This document shows, piece after piece, positions 1 to 15,175 of a stretch of DNA of 64,000 bases. A model generated the notes under the pieces. That model did no database searches, was not told where the DNA came from, and saw only the letters and a program-made list of their open reading frames with translations. Positions within the stretch are counted from its first letter, which is position 1, and every line of letters starts with the position of its first letter. Location: positions 14,570,001-14,634,000 of the forward strand of contig OZ024757.1 in NCBI GenBank assembly GCA_964016885.1, written 5' to 3'. Origin of the DNA: Eledone cirrhosa. Its lineage: Eukaryota. The position numbers were made by a program, and so were the translations under genes.

Positions 1-3000
1 ATCACCAACCTACCATCACACTACTACCTCTGCCATCACCAACCTACCATCACACTGCTACCCCTGCCATCACCAACCTACCATCACACTGCTACCTCAA
101 CCATCACCAACCTACCATCACACTGCTACCCCTGCCATCACCAACCTACCATCACACTGCTACCCCAGCCATCACCAACCTACCATCACACTGCTACCCC
201 TGCCATCACCAACCTACTATCACACTGCTACCCCTGCCATCACCAACCTACCATCACACTGCTACCCCAGCCATCACCAACCTACCATCACACTGCTACC
301 CCTGCCATCACCAACCTACCATCACACTGCTACCCCAGCCATCACCAACCTACCATCACACTGCTACCTCAACCATCACCAACCTACCATCACACTGCTA
401 CCCCAGCCATCACCAACCTACCATCACACTGCTACCCCAGCCATCACCAACCTACCATCACACAGCTACCCCAGCCATCACCAACCTACTATCACACTGC
501 TACCCCTGCCATCACCAACCTACCATCACACTGCTACCCCAGCCATCACCAACCTACCATCACACTGCTACCCCAGTCATCACCAACCTACCATCACACA
601 GCTACCCCAGCCATCACCAACCTACCATCACACTGCTACCCCAGCCATCACCAACCTACCATCACACTACTACCTCTGCCATCACCAACCTACCATCACA
701 CTGCTACCCCTGCCATCACCAACCTACCATCACACTGCTACCCCAGCCATCACCAACCTACCATCACACTGCTACCCCAGCGATCACCAACCTACCATCA
801 CACTGCTACCCCAACCATCACCAACCTACCATCACACTGCTACCCCAGCCATCACCAACCTACCATCACACTGCTACCCCAGCCATCACCAACCAACCTA
901 CCATCACACTGCTACCCCAGCCATCACCAATCTACCATCACACTGCTACCCCAACCATCATCAACCTACCATCACACTGCTACCCCAGCCATCACCAACC
1001 TACCATCACACTGCTACCCCAGCCATCACCAACCTACCATCACACTGCTACCTCAACCATCACCAACCTACCATCACACTGCTACCCCAGCCATCACCAA
1101 CCAACCTACCATCACACTGCTACCCCAGCCATCACCAACCTACCATCACACTGCTACCCCAGCCATCACCAACCTACCACCACACTGCTACCTCAGCCAT
1201 CACCAATCTACCATCACACTGCTACCCCAGCATCACCAACCAACCTACCATCACACTGCTACCCCAGCCATCACCAACCTACCATCACACTGCTACCCCA
1301 GCCATCACCAACCTACCATCACACTGCTACCCCAGCCATCACCAACCAACCTACCATCACACTGCTACCCCAGCCATCACCAACCTACCATCACACTGCT
1401 ACCCCAGCCATCACCAATCTACCATCACACTGCTACCCCAACCATCATCAACCTACCATCACACTGCTACCCCAGCCATCACCAACCTACCATCACACTG
1501 CTACCCCAGCCATCACCAACCTACCATCACACTGCTACCTCAACCATCACCAACCTACCATCACACTGCTACCCCAGCCATCACCAACCAACCTACCATC
1601 ACACTGCTACCCCAGCCATCACCAACCTACCATCACACTGCTACCCCAGCCATCACCAACCTACCATCACACTGCTACCCCAACCATCACCAACCTACCA
1701 TCACACTGCTACCCCAGCCATCACCAACCTACCATCACACTGCTACCCCAGCCATCACCAACCAACCTACCATCACACTGCTACCCCAGCCATCACCAAT
1801 CTACCATCACACTGCTACCCCAACCATCATCAACCTACCATCACACTGCTACCCCAACCATCATCAACCTACCATCACACTGCTACCTCAACCATCACCA
1901 ACCTACCATCACACTGCTACCCCAGCCATCACCAACCAACCTACCATCACACTGCTACCCCAGCCATCACCAACCTACCATCACACTGCTACCCCTGCCA
2001 TCACCAACCTACCATCACACTGCTACCTCAACCATCACCAACCTACCATCACACTGCTACCTCAACCATCACCAACCTACCATCACACTGCTACCCCAGC
2101 CATCACCAACCTACCATCACACTGCTACCCCAGCCATCACCAACCTACCATCACACTGCTACCCCTGCCATCACCAACCTACCATCACACTGCTACCTCA
2201 GCCATCACCAACCTACCACCACACTGCTACCTCTGCCATCACCAGCCTACCATCACACTGCTACCCCAGCCATCACCAACCTACCATCACACTGCTACCC
2301 CAGCCATCACCAACCTACCATCACACTGCTACCCCAGCCATCACCAATCTACCATCACACTGCTACCCCAACCATCACCAACCTACCATCACACTGCTAC
2401 CCCAACCATCACCAACCTACCATCACACTGCTACCCCAGCCATCACCAACCTACCATCACACTGCTACCCCTGCCATCACCAACCTACCATCACACTGCT
2501 ACCTCAGCCATCACCAACCTACCACCACACTGCTACCTCTGCCATCACCAGCCTACCATCACACTGCTACCCCAGCCATCACCAACCTACCATCACACTG
2601 CTACCCCAGCCATCACCAACCTACCATCACACTGCTACCCCTGCCATCACCAACCTACCATCACACTGCTACCTCAGCCATCACCAACCTACCATAACAC
2701 TGCTACCCCTGCCATCACCAACCTACCATCACACTGCTACCCCTGCCATCACCAACCTACCATCACACTGCTACCTCAACCATCACCAACCTACCATCAC
2801 ACTGCTACCCCAGCCATCACCAACCTACCATCACACTACTACCCCAACCATCACCAACCTACCATCACACTGCTACCCCAGCCATCACCAACCTACCATC
2901 ACACTGCTACCCCAGCCATCACCAACCTACCATCACACTGCTACCCCAGCCATCACCAACCTACCATCACACAGCTACCCCTGCCATCACACTGCTACCC

Positions 3001-3640
3001 CAGCCATCACCAACCTACCATCACACTGCTACCCCAGCCATCACCAACCTACCATCACACTGCTACCCCAGCCATCACCAACCTACCATCACACTGCTAC
3101 CTCTGCCATCACCAACCTACCACCACACTGCTACCCCAGCCATCACCAATCTACCATCACACTGCTACCCCAACCATCATCAACCTACCATCACACTGCT
3201 ACCCCTGCCATCACCAACCTACCATCACACTGCTACCCCAACCATCATCAACCTACCATCACACTGCTACCCCTGCCATCACCAACCTACCATCACACTG
3301 CTACCCCTGCCATCACCAACCTACCATCACATTGCTACCCCAGCCATCACCAACCTACCATCACACTGCTACCTCAGCCATCACCAACCTACCATCACAC
3401 TGCTACCCCAGCCATCACCAATCTACCATCACACTGCTACCCCAACCATCATCAACCTACCATCACACTGCTACCCCAGCCATCACCAATCTACCATCAC
3501 ACTGCTACCCCAACCATCATCAACCTACCATAACACTGCTACCCCAGCCATCACCAAGCTACCATCACACTGCTACCCCAGCCATCACCAACCTACCATC
3601 ACACTGCTACCCTAGCCATTACCTCACCAATCTACCATAA
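1..3640. repeat. 34-bp tandem minisatellite (ATCACCAACCTACCATCACACTGCTACCCCAGCC), roughly 105 copies, runs off the window start
   Basis: Unit recurs at 1, 35, 69 and onward, with point variants and occasional +4 (CAAC) units. Confidence 0.97.
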
Positions 3641-4099
3641 CCACTACAACCCCAACCTCCAGCAATAACCCACCACCACCCTGATATGCAATACCCACTA
3701 CAACTAAACCTCACCACCAGGCTATCATTACCCTGCTATACCCCCCCCCCCCACCACCACCACCACCAACAACAACAACCAGCTCTGGTCCTTTTAATCT
3801 ACCTTGGTCACATCAGTCCCACCCACCATACCATCCACAACCCACCCATAGTTTAATCAGCCGTGTAACCATGCCAAAAATTAGAACATACACGGGCAAC
3901 CTCTGACCCATCTAAAAGGACAGTAAGATTGAATATCAGTTGTGTATATGGATATGTCTGGTCAAGCTTCTGCCTGCTACTGGTACCATGTAACTCAGGA
4001 CAAGCTACTCTATGGTTGTCTGGTCAACAACTAAACCCACTCCACCATCAGACCTTTGTCTGGTGGAGAAGTCAAGTGGAATCCTAGCATATATATATA

Positions 4100-4406
4100 T
4101 TGCTTCCCAAAATTCGCCAACACTACACCTGATATTCCGCCTCCATACACACACGTGTGAGTATATCTGTGTGTATATCATGACTCATACACTGTTCACT
4201 TTCCTGACATTTGTACATTTTTCTATGTACTATACATGCACCTTTGATGAGTTGTAGTGCACCTGAGCACTATACACAATAATGTTCATTATATCAAGTC
4301 TCATAACTTGCTCACTTTCCTGACATTTATACATTTTTCTATGTACTATACATGCACCTTTGATGAGTTGTAGTGCACCTGAGCACTGTACACAATAATT
4401 TCATTA
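4100..4406 (+). mobile_element. 3' end of a LINE-like element with its terminal ~110 bp tandemly duplicated
   Basis: TCACTTTCCTGACATTT...GATGAGTTGTAGTGCACCTGAGCACT..ACACAATAAT occurs twice; homologous reverse-complement copy at 22420-22748, where the (TAA)n tail is visible. Confidence 0.6.
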
Positions 4407-5352
4407 TCTATATATATAAAACTGTGGTTGTCTGTCTGTCTATCGATTTTTGGCACACATCTCCTCTTAGAATCTCTCACGGAATTGCACCGAAATTGCT
4501 ATACTTGTACATTGAGCCCTAGCGAAGACATCGGAAAAAAAATATTTCAAATTGACCCGCCCTATGTGACGAAATCGAATATAATGTATCGATTTTTGAG
4601 CGTAAGTTATCAGTTATTTCCCTTTGTTCTGTTTACATTGAGCGTCTTACGTAAAAAATTACGCTGGCTTTCTCAGCGTTTAAAATGACATTAACACAAT
4701 ACACGAACAGTTGTCGAGCCAGCAAAATATTGACCTGCAAAATTCATCAGTTCGAACACTAAGCTTCCGTTTTGCTTCATTTCCATTTAAAAGCATTTTA
4801 AAACAATATTTTTACTTGAAAACAAGTCTATTTAAAGACTACGTAAAACAAGCAAATATTTCGTCGTTAGGCGTGCAGACAGACAGTCGTGCAGACAGAC
4901 AGTCGTGCAGAGAGGTGATATACGCGTGCAGACAGAGTCGTGCAGAGAGGTGATATAGGCGTGCAGACAGACAGTCGTGCAGAGAGGTGATATAGGCGTG
5001 CAGACAGACAGTCGTGCAGAGAGGTGATATAGGCGTGCAGACATACATAACTGATAATTTGGTTACGCTAATGTTTTTCTCTGCGTTGCAGTGTTTACAT
5101 TTTCGATCTTTGTTAATAAATAACCAGTGCAGTTTCTATCCCCAGCATCCTCTTTTGTTATAACATTCGGGTTATCGTTATGTTTTCTTAACTTCATAAG
5201 GCATATTGTTGGTTGAGGGAATATTAATCAAAAACACCACATGCAAGTCTGCACAGTAGACACTACAGTTTTTAAGCCAAGAAAGAAACTTAACATTGTA
5301 ACTTTAACACAGCTACTGAGCGACCCCGAGCAACGCCGGGCTTTACTGCTAG
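4407..5352 (+). mobile_element. Non-autonomous Helitron
   Basis: Starts A|TCTATATATATAAAACTG..GTCTGTCTGTC; ends with GC-rich hairpin CCCGAGCAACGCCGGG (5325-5340), a short spacer, then CTAG|T; inserted between A and T with no TSD. Confidence 0.85.
4868..5043. repeat. ~37-bp tandem repeat inside the Helitron (TAGGCGTGCAGACAGACAGTCGTGCAGAGAGGTGATA)
   Basis: About 4.5 copies visible. Confidence 0.85.
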
Positions 5353-5859
5353 TTATATATAAAATAAAGTACCAGTAATACACTGTGATAATTGCTGGCC
5401 TTGTGCCAAAAATAGAAACAATTATTATATATATATATATATATTGTTATACTTTGGGAGGGTCAATTATTTTATATATATATATACGATAGACTTCCTC
5501 ACAGAGCATATTGAAAGTGGTGCCCCAGCATGACTGCGATTCAATAACTAAAAGCAATAAAACAAAGAACACATAAAAAAAAGACGAAGACCACACTAAA
5601 GAAATATTCAATAATTCAGTTTTGTTTTTTTTTCGTAGATTAAATTCAAGGGTTGTAGGGGAGATAACCCCAGATAGCTTAATTACTGCGAAATACGTGT
5701 GTAAAACATGTTTACAGATAAATATATAAAATGTATGTTTTACCATAACATTTATTACAGCTTCCGTAAAAACCCCAAATTGTTTTATCATAGATATGAA
5801 TTTATAGTATAGTTCAGCTGTTTAGTGCAGATAGTGCAGACTATAATATATAACTGATC

Positions 5860-8442
5860 TTGGTAGTGGTGGTGGTAGTAGTGGTGGTGATGGTTGTGGT
5901 GGTGGTGGTGGTAGTGTTGGTGGTGCTGGTAGTGGTGGTTGTGGTGGTTGTGGTGGTGGTGATGGTGGTGATGGTAGTGGTGGTTGTGGTGGTAGTTGTA
6001 GTGGTGGTGGTGGTGATGGTGGTGGTGGTTGTGGTAGTTGTAGTGGTGGTGGTGGTGATGGTAGCGGTGGTTGTGGTGGTTGTAGTAGTGTTGGTGGTTG
6101 TGGTGGTTGTAGGGGTGGTGGTAGTGTTGGTGGTAATGGTAGTGTTGGTGGTGATGGTAGTGGTGGTTGTGGTGGTTGTAGTGGTGTTGGTGGTGGTGGT
6201 AGTGTTGGTGTTGATGGTGGTGGTGGTGGTAGTGTTGGTGATGATGGTAGTGGTGGTTGTGGTGGTTGTAGTGGTGGTGGTGGTGGTAGTGTTGGTGGTG
6301 GTGTTGGCAGTAGTAATGGTGTTGGTGGTGGTACTGACAGTAGCAGTGGTGTTACTGGTGGTGGTGGTGTTGTTGGCAATAGTAGTGGTGGTGGTGGTAG
6401 TGTTGGCAGTAGTAGTGGTGGTGGTGTTGGCAATAGCAGTGGTGAAGGTGCTGGTACTGACAGTAGTGGTAATGGTGTTGTTGGTGTTGGCAGTAGTAGT
6501 GGTGGTAGTGACAGTAGGGGTGGTAGTGACAGTAGTGGTAATGGTGTAGGTAGTGTTGGCAGTAGTAGTGTTGGCAGTAGTAGTGGTGGTGTTGGCAGTA
6601 GTAGTGGTGGTAGTGACAGTAGGGGTGGTAGTGACAGTAGTGGTAATGGTGTAGGTAGTGTTGGCAGTAGTAGTGTTGGCAGTAGTAGTGGTGGTGTTGG
6701 CAGTAGTAGTGGTGGTAGTGACAGTAGGGGTGGTAGTGACAGTAGTGGTAATGGTATAGGTAGTGTTGGCAGTAGTAGTGTTGGCAGTAGTAGTGGTGGT
6801 GTTGGCAGTAGTAGTGGTGGTAGTGACAGTAGGGGTGGTAGTAACAGTAGTGGTAATGGTGTAGGTAGTGTTGGCAGTAGTAGTGGTGGTGTTGGCAGTA
6901 GTAGTGGTGGTAGTGACAGTAGGGGTGGTAGTGACAGTAGTGGTAATGGTGTAGGTAGTGTTGGCAGTAGTAGTGTTGGCAGTAGTAGTGGTGGTGTTGG
7001 CAGTAGTAGTGGTGGTAGTGACAGTAGGGGTGGTAGTGACAGTAGTGGTAATGGTGTAGGTAGTGTTGGCAGTAGTAGTGTTGGCAGTAGTAGTGGTGGT
7101 GTTGGCAGTAGTAGTGGTGGTAGTGACAGTAGGGGTGGTAGTGACAGTAGTGGTAATGGTGTAGGTAGTGTTGGCAGTAGTAGTGTTGGCAGTAGTAGTG
7201 GTGGTGTTGGCAGTAGTAGTGGTGGTAGTGACAGTAGGGGTGGTAGTGACAGTAGTGGTAATGGTGTAGGTAGTGTTGGCAGTAGTAGTGTTGGCAGTAG
7301 TAGTGGTGGTGTTGGCAGTAGTAGTGGTGGTAGTGACAGTAGGGGTGGTAGTGACAGTAGTGGTAATGGTATAGGTAGTGTTGGCAGTAGTAGTGGTGGT
7401 GTTGGCAGTAGTAGTGGTGGTAGTGACAGTAGGGGTGGTAGTGACAGTAGTGGTAATGGTGTAGGTAGTGTTGGCAGTAGTAGTGGTGGTGTTGGCAGTA
7501 GTAGTGGTGGTAGTGACAGTAGGGGTGGTAGTGACAGTAGTGGTAATGGTATAGGTAGTGTTGGCAGTAGTAGTGTTGGCAGTAGTAGTGGTGGTGTTGG
7601 CAGTAGTAGTGGTGGTAGTGACAGTAGGGGTGGTAGTAACAGTAGTGGTAATGGTGTAGGTAGTGTTGGCAGTAGTAGTGTTGGCAGTAGTAGTGGTGGT
7701 GTTGGCAGTAGTAGTGGTGGTAGTGACAGTAGGGGTGGTAGTGACAGTAGTGGTAATGGTGTAGGTAGTGTTGGCAGTAGTAGTGTTGGCAGTAGTAGTG
7801 GTGGTGTTGGCAGTAGTAGTGGTGGTAGTGACAGTAGGGGTGGTAGTGACAGTAGTGGTAATGGTATAGGTAGTGTTGGCAGTAGTAGTGGTGGTGTTGG
7901 CAGTAGTAGTGGTGGTAGTGACAGTAGGGGTGGTAGTGACAGTAGTGGTAATGGTATAGGTAGTGTTGGCAGTAGTAGTGTTGGCAGTAGTAGTGGTGGT
8001 GTTGGCAGTAGTAGTGGTGGTAGTGACAGTAGGGGTGGTAGTAACAGTAGTGGTAATGGTGTAGGTAGTGTTGGCAGTAGTAGTGTTGGCAGTAGTAGTG
8101 GTGGTGTTGGCAGTAGTAGTGGTGGTAGTGACAGTAGGGGTGGTAGTGACAGTAGTGGTAATGGTGTAGGTAGTGTTGGCAGTAGTAGTGTTGGCAGTAG
8201 TAGTGGTGGTGTTGGCAGTAGTAGTGGTGGTAGTGACAGTAGGGGTGGTAGTGACAGTAGTGGTAATGGTATAGGTAGTGTTGGCAGTAGTAGTGGTGGT
8301 GTTGGCAGTAGTAGTGGTGGTAGTGACAGTAGGGGTGGTAGTGACAGTAGTGGTAATGGTGTAGGTAGTGTTGGCAGTAGTAGTGGTGGTGTTGGCAGTA
8401 GTAGTGGTGGTAGTGACAGTAGGGGTGGTAGTGTAGGCAGTA
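5860..8442. repeat. (GGT/AGT)n-derived repeat that becomes a homogeneous 105/90-bp higher-order minisatellite from ~6480
   Basis: ATGGTGTAGG recurs at 6541 and 6646 (105 bp); 90-bp variants lack one GTTGGCAGTAGTAGT 15-mer. Confidence 0.92.
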
Positions 8443-8644
8443 GTTTAAAAGAAGACCCCTCCATCCCCTTCAAAACAATTAGATAAATGCCAGCTTGAGA
8501 ATAACAAGCAACATTCTGATAACTCAACCAGAAACTCTTCATTTCATTGACGTTGTTTTAGACATTTCTTTTTGTTTCATCATTTTTGTTGGATTTTTCA
8601 AAAATCGTTTTTAACTTAACTTTATTTTATAATTGCTGCTCTAA

Positions 8645-9961
<1,317 letters not shown>

Positions 9962-10204
9962 GTGTGAGTAAGGAAAATGAATATAGAAATTATGATGATG
10001 ATGATGATGATGATGATGGTAGTGGTGGAGTTTGTGGTGATGGTGGTGGTGATAATTATAGATAATTATAGGAGTGGGTTATGTTAATAATAAGTATTTT
10101 ACTAGTATTTTATTTTATCACGCTATCATTATCATCATCACTTTTTATTTTATCATTATTATAGTTATTATTTGTGGTTAATAAAGAAATCATTATCATC
10201 CTCA

Positions 10205-11232
10205 TACAGACATGCTTCGAGGGATAGAGTTACGGCCCTTTATGCTCTGGGTTCAAATCCCACCAAGGCTAGCTTCACCTTTCATCTTTACAGGTTCGAT
10301 AAATAAAGTACCAGTAATGCATTGGGGTTTGATTTAATCGTCTTACCCTCCCCTAAAATTGTTGGCCTTGTGCCTAAATCAGAAACGATTTAGCAGTATC
10401 GGTAGAGGGTCGGACGCCATGCTTGGACGCATAGAGTTACGGCCCTTGCCATTCTGAGTTCAAATCACGCCGAAGTTAACTTTGCCTTTCATCCTTACGG
10501 GGTCGATAAAATAAAGTACCAGTAATGTACTGAGATAATTGCTGGCCTTGTGCCAAAAGTAGAAATAATTATTATTATTATTGGATTGGCAGGATCGGTA
10601 GAGCGTCAGACAACATGCTTGGCTGCATAGAGTTACAGCCCTTTACGTTCTGAGTTCAAATTCCACCAAGATTAGTTTCACCTTTCATCCTTACTGGGTC
10701 AATAAAAATAAAGTACCAGTAATACACTGGGATAATTGCTGGCCTTGTGCCAAAAGTAGAAACCATTATTGCTATTATTATTGAAGTTACGGCCCTTTAC
10801 ATTCTGACTTCAAATCCCGCCGAGGTTAACTTTTTGACTTTCATCCTTACGGGGATCGATAAAATAAAGTACCAGTAATGTAGTGGTGTCGATTTAATCG
10901 ACTTTCCCCTCTCCCAAAATTGCTGGCCTTGTGCCTATATAAGAAACCATTATTGAAGTACCAGTTGAGTGAGTGTGGTGAGATTAACAAGCCTGAATGG
11001 GTTCTAGTCTGTATATTCTTTCTTAAGCTGGAAGAAAGAAACTGTGGATTGGCAGTATCGGTAGAGGGTCGGACGCCATGCTTTGACGCATAGAGTTACG
11101 GCCCTTGCTATTCTGAGTTCAAATCCCGCCGAGGTTAACTTTGCCTTTCATCCTTACGGGGTCGATAAAATAAAGTAGCAGTAATACACTGGGTAATTGC
11201 TGGCCTTGTGCCTAACGTAGAAACAATTATTG
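10205..11232 (+). mobile_element. Cluster of ~5 same-orientation copies of a tRNA-derived SINE (family S1)
   Basis: Head GGATTGGCAGTATCGGTAGAG (A-box-like), GAGTTCAAATCCC (B box), conserved body GCCTTTCATCCTTACGGGGTCGATAAAATAAAGTACCAG, tail GCTGGCCTTGTGCC..AGAAAC(AAT)n. Confidence 0.88.
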
Positions 11233-11429
11233 AAGTAGCACTTGAGGAGGAAGGTGAGAGTGGAGAGGGATGCTCTGCCTTCTAGAGTGTTCTATGACAG
11301 TTGAGCGAGTGTGGTGAGATTAACAAGCCTGAATGGGTCTACTCTGTATATTCTTTCTTAAGCTGGAAGAAAGAAACTTGGAGTGGATACTTTTAATGTT
11401 CATGAAGTGAAAAAGTAATCAATGGGTTT

Positions 11430-13150
11430 TGAGGTGGTGGTGGTGGTGGTGGATGTGGTGGTGGTGGTGGTGGTGGTGGATGTAGTGGTGGTGGTGGTAG
11501 TGGTGGTGGTGGTGATGCTGGTGGTGGTGGTGGTTGTAGTGGTGGTCGTGGTGGATGTGGTAGTGGTGGTGGTGGATGTAGTGGTGGTGGTGGATGTGGT
11601 GGTGGTGGTGGATGTAGTGGTGGTGGTGGTGGATGTGGTAGTGGTGGTGGTGGATGTAGTGGTGGTGGTGGATGTGGTGGTGGTGGTGGATGTAGTGGTG
11701 GTGGTGGTGGATGTAGTGGTGGTGGTGGTGGTAGTGGTGGTGGTGGTGGATGTAGTGGTGGTGGTGGATGTAGTGGTGGTGGTGGTGGATGTGGTGGTGG
11801 TGGTGGTGGTGGTGGATGTGGTGGTGGTGGTGGATGTGGTGATAATGGTGGTGGTGGTGGTGGATGTGGTGGTGGTGGTGGTGGTGGTGGTGGATGTGGT
11901 GGTGGTGGTGGTGGATGTGGTGGTGGAGGTGGTGGAGGTGGAGGTGGTGGTGGTGGATGTAGTGGTGGTGGTGGTGGTGGTGGTGGATGTAGTGGTGGTG
12001 GTGGTGGTGGTGGTGGTGGTGGTGGTGGTGGTAGAGGTGGTGGTGGATGTCGTGGTGGTGGTGGTGATGGTGGTGATGGTAATGATGGTGGTGGTAGTGG
12101 CGGTGATGGTGATGATAGTGGTGGTGGTGGTGGCGGTGATGGTGTGTGACATTACAAGAAGATACTAATTAGCAAAAGCAGTGATGGTGATGGTGGCGGT
12201 GAAGATCGTGATGATGGTGGAGGTGGTGGAGGTGGTGATGGTGGAGGTGGACGTGGTGTTGCTAGTGGTGGTGGTGGTGATGATAGTGGTGGTGATGGTG
12301 ATGATAGTGGTGGTGATGGTGATGATAGTGGTGGTGATGGTCATGAGTGGTGATGGTGATGATAGTGGTGGTGATGGTCATGATAGTGGTGGTGATGGTG
12401 ATGCTGGTGGTAGTGGTGATGGTGGTGGTGATTGTGGTGGTGATGATAGTCGTGATGTTGATAGTGGAGGTGGTGGTGATGATAGTGATGGTGATGGTGA
12501 TGATAGTGGTGGTGGTGGTGGTGGATGTGGTGGTGGTGGTGGTGGTGGTGGTGGTGGATGTAGTGGTGGTGATGGTGATGATAGTGGTGGTGATTGTGGT
12601 GGTGGTGGTGGTGGTGGTGGTGATGATAGTCGTGATGTTGATGATAGTGGAGGTGGTGGTGATGATAGTGGTGGTGATGGTGATGATAGTGGTGGTGGTC
12701 GTGGTGGTGGTGGTGATGATGGTGGTGGTGGTGGTGATAGTCGTGGTGCTGATGTTGATAGTGGAGGTGGTGGTGATGATAGTGGTGGTGATGGTGATGA
12801 TAGTGGAGGTGGTGGTCATGATTGTGGTGCTGATGGTGATGCTGGTGGTAGTGGTGATGGTGGTGCTGATTGTGGTGGTGGTGATGGTGGTGGTGGTGGT
12901 GATGATGATAGTCGTGGTGCTGATGTTGATAGTGGAGGTGGTGGTGATGATAGTGGTGCTGATGGTGATGCTGGTGGTAGTGGTGATTATGGTGGTGATT
13001 GTGGTGATGGTGGTGGTGGTGGTGATGATAGTCGTGGTGCTGATGTTGATAGTGGAGGTGGTGGTGATGGTGATGCTGGTGGTAGTGGTGATTGTGGTGG
13101 TGGTGGTGGTGGTGGAGGTGGTGGTGATGGCGGTGGTGATGGTGGTGGGG
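11430..13150. repeat. (GGT)n/(GAT)n low-complexity trinucleotide repeat
   Basis: Direct inspection; source of the poly-V/T/G ORFs. Confidence 0.93.
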
Positions 13151-13302
13151 GAGAGAGAGCGGGTGGCTGCTTTACATTAAGCTAAAGTGATTCCTAATGT
13201 TGGCAGAAGACCAACAGTTTTCCCCTGTATTTGTCAATAACATCAGTTTTGCGGACATAGTCTTCCATCTTTATGTCTTAGATATTACATTCGAACATAG
13301 AT

Positions 13303-13511
13303 AATGGTTTCTACAACAGGCACAAGGCCAGCAAATTTTTTTGGGGGGAGGGGAAAGTCAATTAAATCGACCCCAGTACATTACTGGTACTTTATTTATC
13401 GACCCCCGTAAGGATGAAAGGCAAAGTTAACCTCGGCGGGATTTGAACTCAGAATGGCAAGGGCCATAACTCTATGCATCAAAGCGTGTCGTCCGACCCT
13501 CTACTGATACT
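13303..13511 (-). mobile_element. SINE S1 copy
   Basis: Reverse complement of the S1 body (CTGGTACTTTATTTATCGACCCCCGTAAGGATGAAAGGC, GGGATTTGAACTC). Confidence 0.88.
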
Positions 13512-13544
13512 GTGGTGGTGGTGTTGGTGTTGGTGGTGTTGGTG

Positions 13545-13576
<32 letters not shown>

Positions 13577-14052
13577 GTTGTTGTTGATGGTGGTGGTGTT
13601 GATGGTGTTGTTGTTGGTGGTGTTGGTGGTGGTGTTCGTGGTGTTGGTGATGATGTTGTTGTTGGTGGTGGTGGTGGTGGTGGTGGTGGTTTTCGTGGTG
13701 GTGGTGGTGGTTTTCGTGGTGGTGGTGGTGGTGGTGGTGGTGGTGGTGATAATAATAAGGATGATGGTGGTGGAGGTGGGGGCGGATGGTAATTATAACG
13801 GTGATGATAACAATGGGGATGATGGTGATGATAAGATGATTATAGTGATGATGATGATAATGGTAATGATGATGGTGATGATGATAGACAAAACCCAGCA
13901 TGATTTTTTGTAATACATTAAAGCAAAACATGTTTTTGTGTGCGTATGTTTGTGTTTGTGTGTGTATGTTTGTGTTTGTGTGTGTGTATTTGTGTGTGTG
14001 TTTGTGTGTGTGTGTAGTGTATGTTTGTGTGTGTGTGTGTTTTTATGTGTGT
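13512..14052. repeat. (GGT/GTT/GAT)n followed by (GT)n simple repeats
   Basis: Direct inspection. Confidence 0.9.
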
Positions 14053-14500
14053 GAAGACAGTCAGACATTGACTTTTGATTGTGTAAAGCATTAGAAGGTT
14101 CAATATCTCGTAGCAGAACGACTGGATAAGTGTAGCTTGGTAAATAAGTCGATGTTGGTGATGGTAATAACATTACCAAAATCTGAGGTGGGGTGGGGCT
14201 AGGTGGAGTTCAGGAACATTAACACAGGCTAACGATGGGGTTGGGTGAGAACATGCTTGTGATGTAAAACACCCCACCACCCACAGCTCCCCTTCCCCCA
14301 CCCTCAGACCCCATGTGTATTCTGGCAAACAAGAATTTCCAATACATACATACAAACAGACCCCTGCTGCTGTGAATTGGCAAAGCTTTTAGAGTGCCAG
14401 TGAAATACCTTGCAGTATTTACTCCAACTCCTTAATTCAGAATTCAGGGTAACACAGCAGTCCCCAACCTTTTGTGCACCATGCTCCACCTCAATGTTTC

Positions 14501-14805
14501 AAAAATGGTTATGCCCTCCTTTGATATGAAAATGCCCCTCTTTGATATGAAAATGCCCTCCTTTGATATTAAAATGGCCTCCTTTGATATTAAAATGCCC
14601 TTCTTTGATATTAAAATGGCCTCCTTTGATATTAAAATGCCCCTCTTTGATATTAAAATGCCCTCCTTTGATATTAAAATGCCCTCCTTTGATATTAAAA
14701 TGCCCTCCTTTGATATTTAAATGCACTCCTTTGATATGAATATGCCCTCCTTTGATATGAAAATGCCTTCCTTTGATATTAAAATGCCCTTCTTTGATAT
14801 GAAAA
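14501..14805. repeat. 21-bp minisatellite (AAAATGCCCTCCTTTGATATT), ~14 copies
   Basis: Unit recurs every 21 bp. Confidence 0.93.
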
Positions 14806-15175
14806 CAACTATGATCAACTGTAAAGTGCAAACAAATTGGTGTACATGTGGTGTCAGATGCGCACAGTAACATGTGGTGGAGGGGGTGAAACAGGAGTTT
14901 CCGACAGTAATGTGTACCAAAGTTGCCTTGGTTGGTGTAAAAGTAACAAGGTAAAAACCTGAAGTTTGTTCTCATTAACATCATTTTCAAATTTCCTCTC
15001 TTAAATATTCAAATCGCCAACACTAACATCCCTGTGGAGCATGTACCCCACATTAGGAATAACTTAACATAGGTTCTTACCTAAATTTTTTATGGAAGCT
15101 TTTTACAAAAATCTAAACACTTTAAAACAAACAGCTTTGTATAGAAGAACCAAGGCTGTTTGGAACATAACTTAA

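Noticed and set aside
1-3640. CRISPR-like array of 34-bp repeats
   Set aside because: Units are contiguous with no unique spacers, no cas genes, and the context is eukaryotic.
5822-8542. 906-aa Pro/Leu-rich ORF (extensin-like)
   Set aside because: Translation of a triplet-derived minisatellite that lacks stops in that frame; no domain or splice evidence.
11400-13185. Poly-Thr, poly-Val and Gly/Asp-rich ORFs (mucin-like or glycine-rich)
   Set aside because: Simple (GGT)n repeats open in several frames on both strands; same for 32507-37364.
14472-14990. Repetitive ORFs (KMPSFDI / IKGGHFN), superficially AHNAK-like
   Set aside because: 21-bp minisatellite open on both strands, with a frame break near 14718 and no coding flanks.
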